Part shown: one piece after another, positions 10,281-20,939 of the stretch
Position numbering within the stretch: position 1 is the stretch's first letter
Layout of the letters: each line of letters begins with the position of its first letter
IMG/VR virus record: IMGVR_UViG_3300042887_005053
Span: 124,001-188,000 of that record
DNA: 64,000 nt
Direction: 5' to 3' (one strand)
The notes under the pieces: generated by a model
Seen by the model: only the letters and a program-made list of their open reading frames with translations
The model's database searches: none
Told to the model about the DNA's origin: nothing
Program-made: the position numbers and the translations under genes

Positions 10281-12146
10281 ATGAATTCAAGGCAATTAAA
10301 TGGTAATCAAATTTTAATTGGTACTTCATCTGATGGTTTTTTCGGGAACTCACCCAATAATGTTAATGTTCCTAACATACTCTCTAGTGATACAGTACCA
10401 GATGCGATTGATAAACTAATAAGTATTATTGATCTTCTTGCTCCTGCTAAGAGCCCTAGGCTAGATACTAAATCATTGTCATTCATATCAGGAGGCCCTT
10501 ACTATACTGCACGTCATGTCGCTGTTGGTCCGGCTAGTAATGCTAACTTTATTTACAACGGCGCTGCTACTTTAACACAGTCCGCTATGACTGCTTCTTT
10601 ATATACTAATGTAATTTTTTCAAACAGACCAACTGTGAGAGTAAGTGACAGTACTTCTGGAACTGTTTTGGCAACATTTTCAGATGGACAAAGTGGTCAA
10701 TTAGGAGCGTATATTGATAATACACTCGTTGCTTTTAGAACTTTAGATGGTACTTATCATGCTAACGGAGATGGAACATCGGTTGATGTGAATGGTTGGG
10801 ATATAAATGGTACAAACATTGGTCCAAATTCACTCTTCATCACTTTTGATCAAGACCCATTCACAGTTCCACCGAACTCTGGGTTTTGGACATCTCTGAA
10901 GGCGACTATGAGTTCAACTTATAGTTTCCCGAACACAGACGGAATCGAACACTATTATCAGGTAAGACACTCTAAAACGGGGAATACTCCAGTATTTAAG
11001 TTTATATGTGATACAGGTGATTATGTTTACCCAGGTACTATACCATTCTCAGGCACACCAACATTTTCAATTGGTAAACAAAATCCATCAGTTACTAGAT
11101 GGGTTTCGGGTGTACCAGGGTTAACAGTAGGAGACTATATGATTGCTTCTTATACTTTCAGTAATCTACCAGTTAGTGGTAGATATCCATTAATTTCCAG
11201 ATTTTATAATCAAACAAGAATAACTAGTTTCGTTATTTCGGATGGAACTGTTGTATCAAGTAAGAACGATTTGGACACAAACGGTTTTCCGATAATAGGG
11301 GGTACGGCAGCTCCATTTGCTTTCCAACCTGACTGGGTTGTAAGAGGTATAACCGCTGCCGTAGTTGCGAATATGTTTACCCCAAGTACGATGACTCCGA
11401 CACCTTATTCTTTGAATTTATTTGTTAGAGCTTACAATCCAAAAAATGACTTAATGAACTCAGCTGTATTTCAATACGCTAATTATGGCGGTCCGGCTGG
11501 TTCACAAGTTTATGTTGATACTGTTTCTGTTGAAGGAACAATTTCTACTTCAACAAGAGTTAGGTCAGGAAATGGTGTTTATCCGTCTTATGGTTCTGGT
11601 AACTCACAATTTGGTGATAATTATTCGCCAACATTTAATAATGTAAGTATTAGAGGTAACATTGAAACAGTCGCAAGTGAATTAATGCTACAGAATGGTA
11701 AGTTTCAATGGCCTACTGGTAATTATACAAGTAACGTGCCTACTAGCGGTGACGATTACTCTACTTTAGTGACTACCTTCAATAGTCCAGCTGGAGTTAG
11801 GTTCGCTACATTTAATGTAGGTACGATTACCGCAGCTAGTAACATGACAATCAATATTGTTGGTGGAGTGAATTTCGGTTCGGCACCGGTAGTGGCTGGA
11901 TTTTCTCTACAATGTATAATAATGAACGGATCGACACCAGTGACTGGTTGGTTAGATATAAATAGTGCTTATTCGGCAGGTCAACCGACGAACAACGGTG
12001 ATCCTGCACTAAATTTGGGATCTAGTACCGCTACAACTAAAGTAGTAACTTTTGGTAGTCCGTTGACGAGAACTGGAACAGTTTATATTAGAGCAGGGTT
12101 ACCGACATCATCAAACAAAACATTTACAAATATCACAAAATCATAA
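10281..12146 (+). CDS. Virion structural protein, paralog of the 1838..4768 C-terminal part
   Basis: 621 aa. DTVPDAIDKL..LLAPAKSP ~ TPIGTAVDNF..ALVPPSAP; VTGWLDINSAY ~ TTGWMDATKAF. Preceded by TAATATATA at 10251. Confidence 0.55.
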   Translation: MNSRQLNGNQILIGTSSDGFFGNSPNNVNVPNILSSDTVPDAIDKLISIIDLLAPAKSPRLDTKSLSFISGGPYYTARHVAVGPASNANFIYNGAATLTQSAMTASLYTNVIFSNRPTVRVSDSTSGTVLATFSDGQSGQLGAYIDNTLVAFRTLDGTYHANGDGTSVDVNGWDINGTNIGPNSLFITFDQDPFTVPPNSGFWTSLKATMSSTYSFPNTDGIEHYYQVRHSKTGNTPVFKFICDTGDYVYPGTIPFSGTPTFSIGKQNPSVTRWVSGVPGLTVGDYMIASYTFSNLPVSGRYPLISRFYNQTRITSFVISDGTVVSSKNDLDTNGFPIIGGTAAPFAFQPDWVVRGITAAVVANMFTPSTMTPTPYSLNLFVRAYNPKNDLMNSAVFQYANYGGPAGSQVYVDTVSVEGTISTSTRVRSGNGVYPSYGSGNSQFGDNYSPTFNNVSIRGNIETVASELMLQNGKFQWPTGNYTSNVPTSGDDYSTLVTTFNSPAGVRFATFNVGTITAASNMTINIVGGVNFGSAPVVAGFSLQCIIMNGSTPVTGWLDINSAYSAGQPTNNGDPALNLGSSTATTKVVTFGSPLTRTGTVYIRAGLPTSSNKTFTNITKS

Positions 12147-12156
12147 TTAACATCAT

Positions 12157-14310
12157 ATGGCTTTAACACAATCTACATCAGTTGATATTTTATTTAAGAA
12201 AGTAGTAGCAGCTAAATCAGATACTGACTCTTTGAGAGAGTATTTTGAAGAACCGATAAACTCAAGACCATCAATTGTTACAGACGATATTTGGTTACAA
12301 AGCAATCAAATACCTTTAACTGCTGCTCCGGTTCCAGGTGTTGTAACCTTAGTTACTGCTAGTTTGACTTATGTTTCAGGGTCAAAAGGAAGTTTTGTTG
12401 ATGGAAGTAATAATCTTAGAGACATAATACCATTCAATTATGGTGATGGTGTTAGCTATAAATACAGAATATACAGAAATAATTCTATTACTGAAATACC
12501 TTTAGGTGAAAGTGATTGGTTCTTTGATCAGAGTTCTGGAGTGTTGACCTTTTTTAGTTTAGCTAATGCTGGAACCGTACAAAATTTGGGTGGTGATACA
12601 ATTGCTTCACCTTCTGCGCCTCCAGTTGTGGTAGGTTGGAAGTATACTGGATTAAAAGGTATAATACCAAACCTTGCTGGTTTGACATATAGTGGTGGTA
12701 CACTATCTTCACCTATAGCCTCATTATCGGCTGGGTATGGTCTTAGTTATTCATCTTATAGTTATTCGATTTTATTGGCTTCAATGAGTTCAGGATTAAC
12801 ATTTGCTTCAGATGGTGGATTAAAGACTGTGTTATCAATAGTTACAGCAGAAGGTCTGACATTTTCAAATGAAGGCACATTATCGGTTGCTTTGGGATTG
12901 GGTAACCCAGGTTTAACTTTTTCAAGTGAAGGTAGAATAAGTGTTCTTAATTCCTTGGTGTTAACAGATACGGATGCTACATTAGGTACGAATGTTCTTG
13001 GTAAATATACAACAGATCCAGTCACAAACATAAGTTTTGATTCACTTTCCATTCCAACGAAAGGATATGTTGACTCGATTGCCTCTGGTTTGAGTCTAAA
13101 ACAGTCCGTTAGAGTAGCTGCGACTGGCTCAGTTGATCTTCAGAGTGCTCCTGCGAAAATTGATGGAGTCACACTTTCTTTTGGTGATAGAGTATTGCTT
13201 TGGCAACAAGACGGTACAGTAAATGGTACGATTTCTAACGGTATTTATGCATTCTCAGCTAGTGGAGAACCTTTAAGAAGAACATCGGATTTAGATGGTG
13301 TTCCATCAAGTGAGGTAACACCGGGTGTCTATACATTTGTGACAGACGGAGAAACTTATATCGGAACTGGATTTGTGGTCGTTAACATTGGTACAGAATC
13401 ACAGATTCAAGTTGGTACACAATCAATGAGGTGGACTCAATTCTCCAGTGCCGGTACATATATTTTCGGAGATGGTGTGAATTTAGACACACAAACAGTA
13501 AATTTAGATTTAGAGCCGGATAAAGGACTTACTTTTAGTTCTTCTCAGTTAACACTAAGGCTTTCTAACAATTCGGGATTAAAAGTTGATGGTGGTTTAC
13601 AAGTAGACCCTTATATCGCTAATTTTGGACTTACATTTAATAATGGTAAAATTGATGTTTATAAACCTATTGAGATTGGAAGAGGTCTTACATTTGCGAC
13701 TAATGGTAATAACTACGAGGGCTTCACTTATTCAGTAAGATTGGCTGACAATAATGGTCTTACTTACAGTTTGAATGGTGATATTATGTTAGATCCAAAT
13801 CTTTTTGGTACATATAGTGCTCTAACATTTTCGAATAACCAGCTTTATATGTTAACTGAGTGGGGCGTTACAGTAAGTAATGGTCAAGTAAGAAGCTCTT
13901 GGACAGCAGGTGATGGATTTGATATTATACAAATTGCAGGTGGATTAACTTATAGCCATAAATTACAACCTGTACTTAATAGCACAACTGGTTTATATTT
14001 TGACTATGGTTTTACCCCAAGTCAAATCTCTATAAACTGGCCGAATATCTTAGGCCAGGGTCTGACTTGGAGTGCTAATAAAGTATCGACTTTATCAGCT
14101 GGTGTAAATAAATTTGCGACCACATTATCTTTTACCGCAGGTATCGCTCAGTATGTAACTCACAGTTTGAACACCACTGATTTTGTAATTCAAATGTACA
14201 ATGATATAACTGGTGATGAAATTCTGGCTCAATATACTGGAAGAACAATTAACGATATTTATGTAACCGCATATGAAGATGTTTCAGCAAGAATAGTAAT
14301 TATTGGATAA
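12157..14310 (+). CDS. Fibre protein with GLT(F/Y/W) shaft repeats
   Basis: 717 aa. About 15 G-L-T-F/Y/W-type repeats by eye, in two blocks flanking a TKGYVD...KQSVRVAAT...IDGVTL..GDRVLL...NGIY...WTQFSSAG domain widespread in phage structural proteins. Confidence 0.65.
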   Translation: MALTQSTSVDILFKKVVAAKSDTDSLREYFEEPINSRPSIVTDDIWLQSNQIPLTAAPVPGVVTLVTASLTYVSGSKGSFVDGSNNLRDIIPFNYGDGVSYKYRIYRNNSITEIPLGESDWFFDQSSGVLTFFSLANAGTVQNLGGDTIASPSAPPVVVGWKYTGLKGIIPNLAGLTYSGGTLSSPIASLSAGYGLSYSSYSYSILLASMSSGLTFASDGGLKTVLSIVTAEGLTFSNEGTLSVALGLGNPGLTFSSEGRISVLNSLVLTDTDATLGTNVLGKYTTDPVTNISFDSLSIPTKGYVDSIASGLSLKQSVRVAATGSVDLQSAPAKIDGVTLSFGDRVLLWQQDGTVNGTISNGIYAFSASGEPLRRTSDLDGVPSSEVTPGVYTFVTDGETYIGTGFVVVNIGTESQIQVGTQSMRWTQFSSAGTYIFGDGVNLDTQTVNLDLEPDKGLTFSSSQLTLRLSNNSGLKVDGGLQVDPYIANFGLTFNNGKIDVYKPIEIGRGLTFATNGNNYEGFTYSVRLADNNGLTYSLNGDIMLDPNLFGTYSALTFSNNQLYMLTEWGVTVSNGQVRSSWTAGDGFDIIQIAGGLTYSHKLQPVLNSTTGLYFDYGFTPSQISINWPNILGQGLTWSANKVSTLSAGVNKFATTLSFTAGIAQYVTHSLNTTDFVIQMYNDITGDEILAQYTGRTINDIYVTAYEDVSARIVIIG

Positions 14311-17300
14311 TGACAAGAATATTAAATAACTTAGAAATAGTTGGTACTGGATCGAACAGTCCGAATAATCGAGCGTTGGGAGTAACTGGTGGTTTTGTTG
14401 CAATTAATCAAAATATTAAAGTAGGTGGAATTGATCAACCTAATTCAATGGTTGATGTGCAGACAACTGGAACAAACTCTTTGACTTCGGGTTTATTAAT
14501 AAACAATTTAACAAATCAATTACTCAAGTATAGTGATGATGGATCACTTTTTTTGTCGGGATTAGGTCTAACATTTGGAGCTACAAATTCAATTAGGCAA
14601 ATAAATAAAGCCGATTTGATCATAGGTACAACTGCATCAGGTAGTATTTCATTAAATGACTATGGCATAGAAGGTATTGAATCTTCAAATAGAGCTGGTC
14701 TAGAGTTTTATCTAAGAGATCAAGCAGGATTAAGTTCAACCTATTCAAGAACTTTTAGATTTAACACATCAGATGGTGGTTTCTTTTCTATGTTGAAAGA
14801 AACTGGCACAAGTTCAATTTTTAATTTCCCAACTAACACGAATTCGAGCATAAGAATTTCAAGTACTTTTTCAAATCAATTTTTTAGAATAACAACTAAT
14901 GACATTACAAACTCTCAAATATTTAGATTCGGTGTTGAGTCAAATGCGACATATTCATTATCATTTTTTGATAGAATAAGTAAATTGAATGTTAACAACA
15001 TATCAATTCAGACTATAGATAATATCACTGGAGGGTATCCAATATTCATGATTTCAAGTACTCAGAGTTCAGTGCAAATTGGATTGACATCTACAAACAA
15101 TCCATCAATTTTTATTATACCTGGTCAAAATATATCATTAACAGCAAGTTATATTTCTGGTACAAGTTCTTATATGAAAAATATTTTCATCGGTACTTTG
15201 ATGAACAGAATTCCACAAGGAACTACATTTAGTAGATTAGAAGGTAATCAGAATATTTTTATAGGTTCAAGATCTCAATTAACATCGGGTTTTGACAATA
15301 TTTCAATGGGTGAAAGATCACTCGATAACTTAACTAGTGGTCAAAGAAATATCTCGATAGGAGTAGGTTCACTTCAATCATCAACTCAGTCAATATCAAA
15401 CATCTCGATCGGATTCGAGTCAGGTAGATTATCTACTGGTGATAGTAATGTTTTTATTGGGAATGGGGCTGGCAGTAACATCTATACTCAATCAAATGTA
15501 TTATTTATATCAAATGGTTCTAATCTACCTTTTGTTGATATATTACAATCAACAAATAATGCAACGGCTGGTGTGGTGCCAAGTTGGTCATTTGGTAATG
15601 CCTTTGGAAATATTGTTTCAATTGGTACAGAGGGAGATTATTATCCTTCTTTAGTATCTTCAACTGGAAGTTATAAGACAATTTTTATTGGTAAGGGTAT
15701 ATGGCACTATTCTAATTCACTTAATACATATGCTATTTCAACTTCGATGCCTGCACTCAATTACTTCACATCATCTGTTGGTTTAACAAATAGCAATGTA
15801 GATTCAGTTGGTAGTAATTTTGAACTAGTAGCCGGTGTAGGAAGGGGTAGTGGAACAGCAGGTGATTTGTATTTTTCAACTGGTAAAACAGTTAGTACAT
15901 CTGATTTGTTACATGATAAAGTAGTAAGAATGACTATTAAGGGAAACACTGGTAGAATAGGTATAGGTGAAGGTACATTTTCTCAAAATCCAGATGCTTT
16001 ACTACATATTACATCTATTACTGCTTCTAACCCAATGTTAAAATTAGTTGATGGAAGTCAGGGAGTAGACAAAGTATTGGTTTCAGATGCGTATGGTAAT
16101 GCAACATGGAAATCTGCAGCAGGTGCTTCAAATTCAATAGTAGGTGTTGGTTCAGCAAGTTTCATACCTTTATTTACTGGTACAATCAGTAACACACTAA
16201 CAAATAGTAATATTTATCAAGCAACCGGTACTTATGGTACTATCTTGATTGGTTATACTATATCATCCTCAAATTATAACGACGACACAAATACATTAAG
16301 AGTATTAGGTGATGTTTATTTTGACAACAGTACAATCACATCTCAGAAATTTTTTCTTAACGGTACTTATTTGTTTGATGATGTTAATAGTAATTTAGCA
16401 CTAGGTTATCAATCAATGGGTGGTAATACTGGGTCAGCAATTCCAATCAGAGGTCAGTACAACATGGGAATTGGTTATCAGTCTCTTAATCAAATCAGAC
16501 AGAATTCGGACTTTAATCTTGGACTAGGTTACCATACATTACGACAACTACAATCCGGAACTCAAAACATTGCACTTGGATATTTCGCAATGAGAAATAT
16601 GACGACAGCGAGTAATAACATTTCAATAGGTGCTAATACTTTAGGTACAACATTTTCAATCTATGATAACATAGCAATCGGATTCGAATCTTTAATTCTT
16701 AATAGAAGTAACAGAAATATTGCAATTGGTCATAATGCTGGTCATGAATTAATACATCAAGATACTGGTTCAAATATTTTCTTAGGTTTTAATTCTGGTG
16801 GAGGATTTATCACTGGGTCTAACAACACCTTTATTACATCCAATGGAAATAATAATTTAGGAATACTTTCTGGAGATAACAATATAATTATTGGTCAAAA
16901 TATAACTATTAATTCAACAAGCAGGAATGGTAATATAATTATAGGTAATAGTTTTTCAACGAAACCTGGTTTAACGAATTCAATTATACTATCGGATGGT
17001 TCAGGTAATCAGAGAATTCTTGTTAATGAACAAGGATTTGTTGGTTTCGGTACAGCATTTTCTGAAACTGCTAATACACCACAAGCACTTGTAGATATGA
17101 GAGTACTTGGTACAGGTTCAAAAGTTTTGAGAATAGTTGACGGGTCAGAGGGATTAAATAAGGTTTTATTATCTGATTCGCAGGGATTTAGTTCTTGGGC
17201 AACTTTGAGTAACCCTGCAACAGTTCAGTTCGGTTTAACTGCAACTGGATCACCATACTCACCTACTTTCTCAGTATTATTAAAGGCTACTTTCTCAGCA

Positions 17301-18317
17301 CTTACTTTCTCTACTATCGAAAGTGGTTTAGCAGTAAGTCCAAATATTGCAGGAAATGGTCTAAACTTTGTAGATGGTCAATTGAACTGGTCATATGCGC
17401 AAGTTATACTGGCAACATCTAGTAGTTTTACAGTAGGAGCAAATCAAAACAATTATTTCTTTGATATTACAACTGGAAATAATTTGATAACAGTTACTCC
17501 ACCTTCAAGTGGACTTACTAATGGATTCACATTCTTAATTAGAAAAGTGGACATCTCTAGTGGTATTATCCAAGTTGCTGGAGTATTTGAGTATAGTGGA
17601 TCAACAAACATATCCACTTTGACGAGATCTAATCAAACGATAGCTTATGTTTACTCTGGTGTAACATTTACTCCTTATACTATAGATGAAGGTGTTATAT
17701 CACCATCGACTGTATTAGCAAATGTTGGAGCCACTTATTCACCAGCAGATGAGGTGGCGGTTTTAGATATACATGACACTGCTCAACAAGCTTTAACATA
17801 CAATCAAGGAGGATTCGAAAATGATTGGTTAAGTGGTGTTATATATTCAGCTTATGGTACTCAGTCTTTTGTTGGTTCTGCTACACCAGTTTCAGTTTTT
17901 GCTACACAATCAAATAAGTTTATCGGAAGTACTATATCAAATACTCTGATACCAGCATTTTCATTAACAAGAGGTAAAACATTCAAATTAAGTATTTCTG
18001 GTACTGTTTCGTTATCATCAAATTTAACATTCAATTCATTAGTTGGGGGAGCAACAGTGAGTTCTACGACTATAAATTCAGTAAATAATGGATTCATAAT
18101 TGATTTTACATTGAAGACTATGAATGTTGGTATAAACGGATCAGTACATGGTTTTGGTATGATATATTACAATGGCACAAGTGTTGCATCATTTATGAAT
18201 ACACCGCCCTATACAACAGTCAATACCGCGATTTCTAATAGAATTGACTTCACAATTTCAAGTAGTGGTACTCCTAATATCACGATATTCCAGTCGATGA
18301 TAGAAAGATTGACGTAG
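14310..18317 (+). CDS. Long tail-fibre-like protein with N-x-(A/S)-I-G beta-roll repeats
   Basis: 1335 aa. Two blocks of N(I/L)x(I/L)G repeats reminiscent of trimeric adhesin heads. Paralogous to 42374..48997 (shared N-terminus, ILIGYT..NTLRV.GDV.FDN, and NSII..GSG.QRI.VN.QG). Confidence 0.7.
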   Translation: MTRILNNLEIVGTGSNSPNNRALGVTGGFVAINQNIKVGGIDQPNSMVDVQTTGTNSLTSGLLINNLTNQLLKYSDDGSLFLSGLGLTFGATNSIRQINKADLIIGTTASGSISLNDYGIEGIESSNRAGLEFYLRDQAGLSSTYSRTFRFNTSDGGFFSMLKETGTSSIFNFPTNTNSSIRISSTFSNQFFRITTNDITNSQIFRFGVESNATYSLSFFDRISKLNVNNISIQTIDNITGGYPIFMISSTQSSVQIGLTSTNNPSIFIIPGQNISLTASYISGTSSYMKNIFIGTLMNRIPQGTTFSRLEGNQNIFIGSRSQLTSGFDNISMGERSLDNLTSGQRNISIGVGSLQSSTQSISNISIGFESGRLSTGDSNVFIGNGAGSNIYTQSNVLFISNGSNLPFVDILQSTNNATAGVVPSWSFGNAFGNIVSIGTEGDYYPSLVSSTGSYKTIFIGKGIWHYSNSLNTYAISTSMPALNYFTSSVGLTNSNVDSVGSNFELVAGVGRGSGTAGDLYFSTGKTVSTSDLLHDKVVRMTIKGNTGRIGIGEGTFSQNPDALLHITSITASNPMLKLVDGSQGVDKVLVSDAYGNATWKSAAGASNSIVGVGSASFIPLFTGTISNTLTNSNIYQATGTYGTILIGYTISSSNYNDDTNTLRVLGDVYFDNSTITSQKFFLNGTYLFDDVNSNLALGYQSMGGNTGSAIPIRGQYNMGIGYQSLNQIRQNSDFNLGLGYHTLRQLQSGTQNIALGYFAMRNMTTASNNISIGANTLGTTFSIYDNIAIGFESLILNRSNRNIAIGHNAGHELIHQDTGSNIFLGFNSGGGFITGSNNTFITSNGNNNLGILSGDNNIIIGQNITINSTSRNGNIIIGNSFSTKPGLTNSIILSDGSGNQRILVNEQGFVGFGTAFSETANTPQALVDMRVLGTGSKVLRIVDGSEGLNKVLLSDSQGFSSWATLSNPATVQFGLTATGSPYSPTFSVLLKATFSALTFSTIESGLAVSPNIAGNGLNFVDGQLNWSYAQVILATSSSFTVGANQNNYFFDITTGNNLITVTPPSSGLTNGFTFLIRKVDISSGIIQVAGVFEYSGSTNISTLTRSNQTIAYVYSGVTFTPYTIDEGVISPSTVLANVGATYSPADEVAVLDIHDTAQQALTYNQGGFENDWLSGVIYSAYGTQSFVGSATPVSVFATQSNKFIGSTISNTLIPAFSLTRGKTFKLSISGTVSLSSNLTFNSLVGGATVSSTTINSVNNGFIIDFTLKTMNVGINGSVHGFGMIYYNGTSVASFMNTPPYTTVNTAISNRIDFTISSSGTPNITIFQSMIERLT

Positions 18318-18363
18318 AAGAGTGTAATATTTATATATACTTTGAAAATTTATTTTATAGTCT

Positions 18364-20160
18364 ATGCCTGTTTACACCGTTTCTAATAATCCAAAGAATA
18401 TACCAGGATTAAGGTTTTGGTTGGATGCCGCTGATGAGTCGACAGTAGATTATTTTAATAAAACAATTGGTGATTTTGCTGCAAGGACATATGGTGATAC
18501 TAGTGGTATTCAAATGCCAAATCAACCGAATAGTACTACATATCCTAACTTGCAAGCAGCTTTAGATCCAATTAATGGGTTTGTTACTTTAGAAATGGGA
18601 GTTGCTTCTGCACAGGTGTTATCTCCACTACCTATGCCTGGTACAGTATCATATAACATGGTGACATCAATTAGAGATAAAATTTCAAATACACTTGTAA
18701 TTTCTACATATTCATTCACACGGGGTAATACTACCTCAAGAACGATCAGACCTAATTCGTTAATTGGTACACAATCACTAGGAAGAACCCAGTCTATCGT
18801 TGGAACAGTTAATTTGGTTGGTGATTATCGAACTATGTCAAGAAGTATGCCATATGAGTATAATATTCCAGCACGATTGTACCCAGATTCTTGGTTTGGA
18901 TTTGCAAGAAAATATCCAAGATATGAAGTAGGAGCAGTAAACGGAAAAAGTGCAATAAAATTCAACAAACCATTTCCTGGAGAAATTGGTATGATTGCTG
19001 ACAATGTAGGTTTACTTGATAGTGCAACATATACGGTTTTTTGTGTTTATGCTCCTGTCAATCCAACGAGTTCCCTACAACTAGGTGCTGGGCTAACTGC
19101 TCAAGGTCAATATGTCGTATCAATTTATGATTCTAATCGAATTTCAAGACACGGTGGATATCCTAATCTTGGATTTTTCTATGGTGATGGTAATCCTTAC
19201 AATCAATCTATTGTTGTTACAACTCAATCGACTACTTTTTCCAGATTTATAAGATGGTCAAAGAATACTATGAATACAGCAAACAGTTCGATAGTTATTG
19301 CTCAGTTTAGAAATTCGGCCACATCTTCCAATGGGATACCTTTGTATAAGATTCTTACTGAGTCGAATAATTATTTTATGTACGGTTTTACTGGTGTAGG
19401 TATTAATTCTGGATCAGGGAGTTTCTTTGATCATAGAAGAAATAACTCTAGATTTGTTATTGGCTATAATCCTACACTAGGTACAAGCTCATCACAAAGA
19501 GAGATATATAATTCGGGCCCGAAACAATTTACTGGCTACTTTTGTGAGTTTTTATATTATGATCGAGCTCTGACAGACTTGGAAATGTCAAAAGTAAATC
19601 AGTATTTAGTAAAGAAGTGGAATGGACCAGTGAAACAGTTTCCAGAAAGTTTCATGGTAAGAGACTATACTGTGACTGGTATGCAGCAAACTACCACAAA
19701 CATCAGTAATACAAATAGAACAGGTGCTTATCAATTTGAATATTTTTGGCAAACTACTGCTGGAGCACAACAAGGTAGAAATGCTACGGTCACTCCGATT
19801 TTAGTCAACACCACACAGCCAATTTTGAGTGGTACTCCGATGTATTGTAGATTGGAGATAATTCCAAATTTAGCTACTGGTAGTGCGGGTCACACGAATA
19901 CTTGGAGACATTGGGGTATTTGGTGTGGTGATACTTCTGGCACTCCATTTGGTAGCTACAGATGGAGTTCAAGAAAACCAGACTTAGTATTCAGACCTGG
20001 ATTAACCCAGGGTGTTTATGAGTCTACATTTTGTTGGCCACAGACTGGTAACTCGATGAAATGTGGTTGGGCTTCAACTTTGGGAATCCCTACTCAAGAC
20101 TACGGATGGACTTTTTCTGGTTGGATAAACATGCAGTTTGGAAACTTAGAATCTATTTAA
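18364..20160 (+). CDS. LamG/ConA-like domain virion protein
   Basis: 598 aa. N-terminal IPGLRFWLDAAD and later FTGYFCEFLYYDRALTD.E...VNQYL..KW, the characteristic termini of LamG-like domains. Its 3' end overlaps the convergent 20146..20415 by 15 nt. Confidence 0.6.
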   Translation: MPVYTVSNNPKNIPGLRFWLDAADESTVDYFNKTIGDFAARTYGDTSGIQMPNQPNSTTYPNLQAALDPINGFVTLEMGVASAQVLSPLPMPGTVSYNMVTSIRDKISNTLVISTYSFTRGNTTSRTIRPNSLIGTQSLGRTQSIVGTVNLVGDYRTMSRSMPYEYNIPARLYPDSWFGFARKYPRYEVGAVNGKSAIKFNKPFPGEIGMIADNVGLLDSATYTVFCVYAPVNPTSSLQLGAGLTAQGQYVVSIYDSNRISRHGGYPNLGFFYGDGNPYNQSIVVTTQSTTFSRFIRWSKNTMNTANSSIVIAQFRNSATSSNGIPLYKILTESNNYFMYGFTGVGINSGSGSFFDHRRNNSRFVIGYNPTLGTSSSQREIYNSGPKQFTGYFCEFLYYDRALTDLEMSKVNQYLVKKWNGPVKQFPESFMVRDYTVTGMQQTTTNISNTNRTGAYQFEYFWQTTAGAQQGRNATVTPILVNTTQPILSGTPMYCRLEIIPNLATGSAGHTNTWRHWGIWCGDTSGTPFGSYRWSSRKPDLVFRPGLTQGVYESTFCWPQTGNSMKCGWASTLGIPTQDYGWTFSGWINMQFGNLESI

Positions 20161-20415
20161 TAGTTCATCTAAATTTTGTTTATTAAAATCAACTAGATTA
20201 TCTCCGCCATTTTTTAGATGATTATTTAATAACTCTTGATAATCTTCATAAGTGTAAAATTTTCCATCTATACCCATAATTACTTGAGTGTCAAATTTAG
20301 AAAGTGAATTTGGTAAATTTTGCTCTGGATAATTGGGTCCCATAACATGTTGACCAACTAATTCCCAACCACTAATCGACTCATTAAATTCATTAAATTT
20401 TTTAATTTTCATCAT
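20146..20415 (-). CDS. Small protein with capsid-targeting-like N-terminus
   Basis: 89 aa starting MMKIKKFNEFNES. Overlaps the upstream gene, suggesting translational coupling. Confidence 0.65.
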   Translation of the reverse strand: MMKIKKFNEFNESISGWELVGQHVMGPNYPEQNLPNSLSKFDTQVIMGIDGKFYTYEDYQELLNNHLKNGGDNLVDFNKQNLDELLNRF

Positions 20416-20872
20416 CTGTTATAGGAATTTTTTCGAAGTACTCTTCCTGAGAAGTAAGTGAGTAACAATCGTGTTTGAAATCATAGGACAAATTATACAA
20501 AAACCTATCATATATTTTAGTAGTCTCTCCATGTTTCAATTTTAAAATTGAGACATCATTTTCAAAGTCATTATCAATTGAAATGATTTCATCATCAATT
20601 TTACCAAAACTATCATACAAATCACAGATAACTTTTTTACCAGATGATCTTAGTTCATCAATCTTAGAGCAAACATCATTTTTACTTAGATGTGAGAAAC
20701 TCATTAAATCTTTTTCCAAAACTTTGTCAAACTTAGATAGAAATTCTTCTTCTCTTTTGGTTAGTTTTTCACTTTTTGAAATTTTATCCAAAATAGAGTT
20801 AAGAGTCTCATCTTTTACAGACTCTCTCAAATTTAAATATTTCGACCATTTTGTAAATGTCATAATTTTCAT
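20402..20872 (-). CDS. Hypothetical protein, targeting-like N-terminus plus LNSILDKI...LT..EEEFL motif
   Basis: 156 aa starting MKIMTFTKWSKYLNLRES. The late motif lies on the minus strand at 20881-20889. Confidence 0.65.
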   Translation of the reverse strand: MKIMTFTKWSKYLNLRESVKDETLNSILDKISKSEKLTKREEEFLSKFDKVLEKDLMSFSHLSKNDVCSKIDELRSSGKKVICDLYDSFGKIDDEIISIDNDFENDVSILKLKHGETTKIYDRFLYNLSYDFKHDCYSLTSQEEYFEKIPITDDEN

Positions 20873-20880
20873 ACTTAAAG

Positions 20881-20914
20881 TATATATTAAAGACTTAAAA
20901 TTATTTTATATATA
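20881..20914. promoter_or_regulatory. Back-to-back late-type promoters (divergent)
   Basis: tatatatta at 20881-20889 (TAATATATA on -) serves 20872(-). TTATATATA at 20906-20914 serves 20940(+). Confidence 0.65.
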
Positions 20915-20939
20915 ACTTAATTAAATATGTTTAATAATA

